A stretch of DNA of 62,757 nt, counting the filler, from Sanchytrium tribonematis (Eukaryota): assembly GCA_018985235.1 (NCBI GenBank). It is 7 parts of 7 records of this genome, joined end to end, with 100 filler letters (N's around TTAATTAATTAA, not from the genome) between each part and the next. Parts side by side here need not be neighbours in the genome. Positions count along the whole stretch, not along the records: positions 57,154 to 62,757 come from JADGIG010000592.1; 6 more parts are not named here. One strand, written 5' to 3'. The notes beneath the pieces were generated by a model. The model saw nothing but the letters and a program-made list of their open reading frames with translations, searched no databases and had not been told where the DNA came from. Shown piece after piece: positions 57,549 to 62,757 of this stretch. Within the stretch, counting starts at the first letter, position 1; each line of letters opens with the position of its first letter. A program made the position numbers and the translations under genes.

Positions 57549-58769
57549 ATGACAAAAGATTCAACATTACAGCGCGACTTAATAAATTATATCCTATTAC
57601 AAATCACAGATCATCCTGAAAATCAACATGAATCATTCTCCATCCTCATTTGTGACCAAGCAGAATCTCAAGAGATGTTGCGATACCGTTTTCCCAGCTT
57701 ATACAAAATCAGTCTCAGTGATGATGATTTAGCAAGTGGATTATTTAGAATTGCGCCTGGTAGAGTCGAATTTATCAAGGAAACAAAAGATATTGCCAAT
57801 TCACAATTTGGCAAGATTACTGAAACATCTATTCCAGAAGTCGTTGGTGTGTACCACTGTGCTGTGAGACATTGCAAAGAGAATGAATATGGTGCAGCAA
57901 TCCAAATTGGTCATTTAATTGAATTGCCAAGTTTTCACTCTTTCAGTCACACGGAAGATATCTCTGTAATTTCTGCAAGAGTCACAAAAATAAAGAATTG
58001 GGCGCATGAAATTACACCTACTAAAGGAGATGGTAAATCAATGACTGACGAATATTACTTAAAGCGTGCAGAATGTCTTGTATTTGAATATGGCATAACT
58101 GTCATCTCAAAATCAAGTCATGAAAAGAAGTTTGATTTCAAACTAAGCATACCTGATGTTATTTCAGATGTCAAAGTAGGTTTAGAGTATAAAAAAGGCA
58201 AATCTAAATTAATTCATTGTTCATTTGCCAAAAGAATTCAATATGTTAAATATACATTTGATTTATTGAGTCAAAATGAACTTGGAAGTGCGTTAAAATC
58301 ATCTCCTTTGAAAGTGTTTGATGCAATTTCCAATCTATTTCAAATTGGAAGCAGTGAAAACATACCAAACCAAGCCATTATGCAACATGCCACAGCAGGG
58401 CCAGCTTCATCAATTACCGCCAAGTTTAAAATCGGTAAAAATGCAGCATTAATCCAATTTATGAAAATTAATAATAAAAAATACCAAATTCGATGCAACG
58501 ATAAAATATTAAAAATGAAAGAAATTGATGCTTGGAATATTTGTGTAAATGACAATCACTTTCAAATCTCTGCAAATGGATATTATTTGACCATTGAAAA
58601 CAACAAATTGGCACTTGAATTAAAATCCACTCAAAATCACTTTAATTGGCTTATTCTTCCATGTGCCAAATTAGAAGCCAAAGACCATTCGACTAATAAA
58701 AACAAGAGAGCAAATTGTAGTGATATTGAGCAGTCGCCACAAAAGAAGAAATTAAGAATCGGACAATAA
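57549..58769 (+). CDS. Hypothetical protein with C-terminal NLS-like motif
   Basis: 406-aa ORF ending PQKKKLRIGQ; stop inside AATAAA. Confidence 0.55.
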   Translation: MTKDSTLQRDLINYILLQITDHPENQHESFSILICDQAESQEMLRYRFPSLYKISLSDDDLASGLFRIAPGRVEFIKETKDIANSQFGKITETSIPEVVGVYHCAVRHCKENEYGAAIQIGHLIELPSFHSFSHTEDISVISARVTKIKNWAHEITPTKGDGKSMTDEYYLKRAECLVFEYGITVISKSSHEKKFDFKLSIPDVISDVKVGLEYKKGKSKLIHCSFAKRIQYVKYTFDLLSQNELGSALKSSPLKVFDAISNLFQIGSSENIPNQAIMQHATAGPASSITAKFKIGKNAALIQFMKINNKKYQIRCNDKILKMKEIDAWNICVNDNHFQISANGYYLTIENNKLALELKSTQNHFNWLILPCAKLEAKDHSTNKNKRANCSDIEQSPQKKKLRIGQ

Positions 58770-58795
58770 ATAATTGAAAATCAACTTATTTATTT

Positions 58796-59617
58796 TTAAA
58801 TTTGTTGAAATAATGAATGTGCTACAGATGGTGCCCAGTCACTTTGAGATGCATGAGATTGCAATACTCTATATTTTTGACCATTATAATCAATAATTTG
58901 ACCAGTTTGGTACTGTTTGAAATTACCATCCCAATTACCTGCTTCTCCACCAGTTGAACCTTGTTGGGCACCACCTTGATGATGTTGTTGCTGTTGTTGT
59001 TGCTCTTCACGCTGTCTGCGTTGTTCTTCAGTCTCACCTTGTTGTTGTTGTTGTTGTTCTTGCTGTTTTTGTTCCATTTCTTGTTTTTCTTGAGGATTAA
59101 AATGCTCATAAGCTTTCTTTCCCAAGAATCCTGCACCAATACCACCTAATACAGCACCAGCACCCAATAAACCATCTTTCATGTTGGCAGATTTGTTGAT
59201 TTTATGAACCAATTGTTTCAACTCCTCATCGAATTGACTAGAATATTCTTGCTCATTTGGCAATCCATTTGGTCTTCCTTGCTTTCCAATGTTTAATAAA
59301 ACACGTCCTTGTTGTTCTCCTTTGACATTGAATAATTTAAACCATCCATTAGCAACATCAGGCATTTGATTTAAATCTATCGCACACGCAGTCATGACAG
59401 AATCACCACCTTTATCAGCATCTTTATGAAGCACGTAAAGCATATTGTGGTTGCCATCCATGTTGAAATGTGCATTATCCCAAGATGGGTCACTGCCAGA
59501 AGATTTCTTAGTTTTTTGAGATTCTTGACCGTATTTTAATTCAATGTATGGATCTCCTTTTCCAAATCTATCACCAGATGGGAGTTGAGTAGCACGTACG
59601 ACTGCAATAAAGACCAT
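58796..59617 (-). CDS. C2 domain, Gly-rich helix, polyQ linker, CBM5/12 chitin-binding module
   Basis: DRFGKGDPYI...DPSWD C2; W...YQTGQIIDYNGQKYRVLQSHASQSDWAP CBM. Confidence 0.75.
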   Translation of the reverse strand: MVFIAVVRATQLPSGDRFGKGDPYIELKYGQESQKTKKSSGSDPSWDNAHFNMDGNHNMLYVLHKDADKGGDSVMTACAIDLNQMPDVANGWFKLFNVKGEQQGRVLLNIGKQGRPNGLPNEQEYSSQFDEELKQLVHKINKSANMKDGLLGAGAVLGGIGAGFLGKKAYEHFNPQEKQEMEQKQQEQQQQQQGETEEQRRQREEQQQQQQHHQGGAQQGSTGGEAGNWDGNFKQYQTGQIIDYNGQKYRVLQSHASQSDWAPSVAHSLFQQI

Positions 59618-59854
59618 TTTTGAGTGATTTGGGGCATGTTTGTATTTATAGTGATGATGACGTCATTTTAGATTAAAAGGGGATACATGTGCGTGATCTG
59701 TGTAAGTTTTGGCGAATCTACTGTTTGGCATGGATCACCTGGAGTATCCTGTGCACGGCACTCAAAACAGATTATGATTTGCAAATTATTATGGCGTGTA
59801 TTTTACCACATCAAAATAACTGTTAATGTGGCTTGACCATTCTGGACACGAATC

Positions 59855-61213
59855 ATGAAAATTCTTCATTTTTTATTTTTCGTGATATATGCCACAGATT
59901 GTGATTCAACTATGGATTTCTTTAAATATTTGAATATGCATCTCACAGATCCACAAATATTCAATTTAATCCCGCAAAATTGTTGTAATTTCACAAGTCC
60001 ATCCAATTTAAGCAGCAAGGTATCCATTCTCTGTGCTTCAAATACAGTCACATCTATTCAATTATTCTATTTGAATCTAAATGGGACATTAAATGCGACC
60101 AGTTTACCAAATTATCTCACAAATCTCCAGATTTCGAATTCCAAATTATCCTCTAAAGTCCCTGATATTCTCCCCGATTCTTTAATTACATTGAATCTAT
60201 TGGGTAATCGTCTATATGGATCCATTCCATCTACTCTTCCATCCAATTTAATCAATTTATACTTGCAATCAAATCAATTAAATGGATCCATTTCAAATCT
60301 CCCAAATTCACTCAGCTTGTTTTACGCGCATACGAATCAGTTCAGTGGATCCATCAACAATCTACCAGACTCATCAACCCGTGTAAACTTGGATAATAAT
60401 CAATTTAGTGGCAATATTGATAAAATGCCATCTCGAATCATTTGGTATTCTGTGAGCAATAATTTGCTATCTGGCGAACTAATGCAGAATTGGCCCATAT
60501 CCCTACAATCATTTTATGTCGATGATAATCAATTTAATGGCACATTACCCGTCCAGTTATTACAGCAACTTGCCACTTTGTATATTTACAAAAATCAATT
60601 TTCTGGTTGTTTGAGTGTCCCATTGGCCTGCACCACTTGTTTTTTATACAAGAATCAATTAAAAGGACCTATTACATTTAAAGATATTTCGTATAATTTG
60701 ATTACAAATTTAACTGTTTATGATTCCTCTGATTTAAGCACTTGTATTATTAATGATAATCCATTGTTAAATGCAACTGAAATGTATACTTTACCATCTA
60801 GATGTGGTAAAACTAATTTATTTGCAGATACAGGTTATTTTTGTCCTGTCATTTCTGTAAAAAGCAGTTTTACAAATTCAACTCAATTTAAAACACCTCA
60901 AAGTACTATTGAAGAGGCAATAATTAAAACAAGGCCAATTATTAAAAGAACAACACCTGCTATTACATTTCTTGAATCTAATACAAAGACTATTTGGCGA
61001 AATGAAACATTTTACAGTTCTGCAGTTACGATTAATTTGAAATGGAATGGAGCGATGCCAAAATCAGAATTGAAATTGAATAACTTACAATTTATGAGAA
61101 TTGGGATTGATTTATTGATCATTGGATTTCTTATTGCTAAAACACCTGTCAGTAGAAGAAAACCGAGAAAGGCAACAAGAAGTAGTTATGGGATGACTGG
61201 TGCAAGTCATTAA
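59855..61213 (+). CDS. Secreted/membrane leucine-rich repeat receptor-like protein
   Basis: Signal peptide, NCC cap, repeated LxxNxLxGSIxxLP, S/T stalk, hydrophobic segment then basic tail. Confidence 0.85.
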   Translation: MKILHFLFFVIYATDCDSTMDFFKYLNMHLTDPQIFNLIPQNCCNFTSPSNLSSKVSILCASNTVTSIQLFYLNLNGTLNATSLPNYLTNLQISNSKLSSKVPDILPDSLITLNLLGNRLYGSIPSTLPSNLINLYLQSNQLNGSISNLPNSLSLFYAHTNQFSGSINNLPDSSTRVNLDNNQFSGNIDKMPSRIIWYSVSNNLLSGELMQNWPISLQSFYVDDNQFNGTLPVQLLQQLATLYIYKNQFSGCLSVPLACTTCFLYKNQLKGPITFKDISYNLITNLTVYDSSDLSTCIINDNPLLNATEMYTLPSRCGKTNLFADTGYFCPVISVKSSFTNSTQFKTPQSTIEEAIIKTRPIIKRTTPAITFLESNTKTIWRNETFYSSAVTINLKWNGAMPKSELKLNNLQFMRIGIDLLIIGFLIAKTPVSRRKPRKATRSSYGMTGASH

Positions 61214-61225
61214 ATCAGATTAATA

Positions 61226-61263
61226 AATTTACAACAAATTTACTAGCAAAGCCATTAAAATCA
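61226..61263. repeat. 38-bp direct repeat, copy 1 (copy 2 at 62568-62605)
   Basis: aatttacaaca(a/t)atttactagcaaagccattaaaatca, one mismatch. Confidence 0.9.
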
Positions 61264-62451
61264 AATGACCATTGAAGTAGGCAAATAGCTGCTTGATTTG
61301 CTCACTAATGTGCCAGCAGGAGGGAGCGAGGCTGCACTCTCAGGGGATCCATCAGATGGTCCATCAGTTTGCTGCTCATTTGGACTGCCAGGATTATTTC
61401 CATGATGCTCAGAAGTACTCCATGTTTTACTTGTCATTTTCGAGATGGTTTTTGAGTAGCTATGAGAATGCCATGTCGTTGAGACGCTCTGGGATTGACT
61501 GAGTACTGTTACACTGCTGTACTTGCTAGTGCTTGATTGAAACCCCCACTTTTTTGCAGTAGTAGTTTGATGGCAATGCTCAGAAGACCATCCATGGCAT
61601 TCTAAGCCATGGCACACATAGACACCTGTCACTGTGATATTTTTCAACTCACTATATTGTGCAAATCGGTAATTTATATAAGTGGCATTTTCATATTCTA
61701 ATCTCACGCCATTTTTAAGCTGATTTAAAGTCACAATGTACAATCCGCCCTTGTCATCTGTCACATCAACTCCCCAAAAAGATGTGTCATACACCTCATA
61801 TTCCTCTGCTGTAAATTGACCGTCTTCCACTGTCAAAAATACACGCGTATTTTGAGGATTTCCAGTTAATGGAGATCCGTCTTGAGTCAAATTGGCTGTA
61901 AATTTACTTGTATAATCAATTTCAATTTCTGTCTGTTTCTCTCTACATTCTACATTGGAATAATCAAACTCGTCGAAATAAGTAGAATCACAAACACGGA
62001 AACCTTGACAAGAATCCAAATCAGTCTTTCCTGGTTGACAAATTTCGAGTCTGGATACTTTTAGATTGGGTGTATATGTCGAATTCGAAGAATTGAAGTG
62101 TACATTTAAATAATAAGCGGAAAATGTTAATTCTGTTAAATTCACGCGAATGCCCGATTTCAAGTCTTCAATGGTCGGTAACGGGTCAAAGTCAGAGCAA
62201 TCTGCTCCACAAAGTTGAAATTGAAGCACGTCAATGCTGGAGTCACTTGTCACGTCCAAATATAAATCATATTCTCCATCAGCAATATAATTTGGGTTGT
62301 GTTTCTTGTCTTCAAAGAAATAACTAATAGAAGATTGACTAAACTTTGTAATGAGTTCACTGTTGACAATGATTGGATTCGTCTCACAATTTGATAGAGC
62401 AACAAAATCGGAATTGGATTTTTGGCCCAAGACTAGGAAATGGAAGAACAT
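61261..62451 (-). CDS. Secreted Cys-containing protein with Ser/Thr-rich tail
   Basis: Short N-terminal hydrophobic stretch; two similar internal units (LKSGIRVN / LKNGVRLE). Confidence 0.6.
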   Translation of the reverse strand: MFFHFLVLGQKSNSDFVALSNCETNPIIVNSELITKFSQSSISYFFEDKKHNPNYIADGEYDLYLDVTSDSSIDVLQFQLCGADCSDFDPLPTIEDLKSGIRVNLTELTFSAYYLNVHFNSSNSTYTPNLKVSRLEICQPGKTDLDSCQGFRVCDSTYFDEFDYSNVECREKQTEIEIDYTSKFTANLTQDGSPLTGNPQNTRVFLTVEDGQFTAEEYEVYDTSFWGVDVTDDKGGLYIVTLNQLKNGVRLEYENATYINYRFAQYSELKNITVTGVYVCHGLECHGWSSEHCHQTTTAKKWGFQSSTSKYSSVTVLSQSQSVSTTWHSHSYSKTISKMTSKTWSTSEHHGNNPGSPNEQQTDGPSDGSPESAASLPPAGTLVSKSSSYLPTSMVI

Positions 62452-62570
62452 TTTGAGAAAAGAGAAGTGGCGTGTTTAAATAGAATCACGCTACAGATAT
62501 TAACCAATCAAGTGATATTCTGAGTATGGGCTGGTACAAGATACTAAAAATAGAAGCAAAAGTTTCGAAT

Positions 62571-62757
62571 TTACAACATATTTACTAGCAAAGCCATTAA
62601 AATCATTTCCAAATAGCCACTTGCATTTGTAGTTTGTGTTGCCAATGCTGATTTAATCTCATCTGTGTGTGAAGATGCCCATTCTAATACTTTTGGATCT
62701 ACAGTGTATGCGACAGTCTTGGTGCTAGTTACATTCTAAATAAATATAAATGACCAT
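62571..62757 (-). CDS. 3' end of a probable GPI-anchored surface protein (partial)
   Basis: Hand translation NVTSTKTVAY...TTNASGYLEMILMALLVNML*, preceded by candidate intron 62736-62754. Confidence 0.55.
62736..62754 (-). other. Candidate 19-nt intron
   Basis: gtcatttatatttatttag fits the 3' consensus; upstream exon lies almost entirely outside the window. Confidence 0.55.

Noticed and set aside
58980..59090. (TGT)n microsatellite or CRISPR-like repeat
   Set aside because: It is the CAA polyglutamine linker of the C2-CBM gene; no repeat-spacer array seen in the window
2054..62754. Tiny introns as Introner-like mobile elements
   Set aside because: Interior sequences differ between introns, with no terminal inverted repeats or consistent target-site duplications

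Overview
AT-rich eukaryotic genomic DNA made of seven unrelated contigs joined by artificial 100-nt N/TTAATTAATTAA/N linkers. Six contigs are about 5.6 kb and one is 28.4 kb. Gene content (kexin, PIG-N, TRP1 domain, I9 inhibitor, Bsd2, plus WAVE/SCAR, dynactin p27, a Spindly-like and a TOE1-like gene) points to an early-diverging zoosporic fungus with an extremely compacted genome; a sanchytrid-like lineage is an inference only. About 50 genes are packed with 0-60 bp intergenic gaps or short overlaps. Main finding: every split host gene is repaired by an ultrasmall spliceosomal intron of 19 nt (14 cases) or 20 nt (2 cases). Their consensus is GTAAT...TNAYNTAG, with no +5 G, an invariant A six nt from the 3' end, and one GC-AG case. 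Second finding: a degenerate non-LTR retrotransposon carries a complete ubiquitin-like domain ending LRGG directly before its AP endonuclease-RT, suggesting processing by a host deubiquitinase. All protein calls come from motif recognition by eye; no searches were run.
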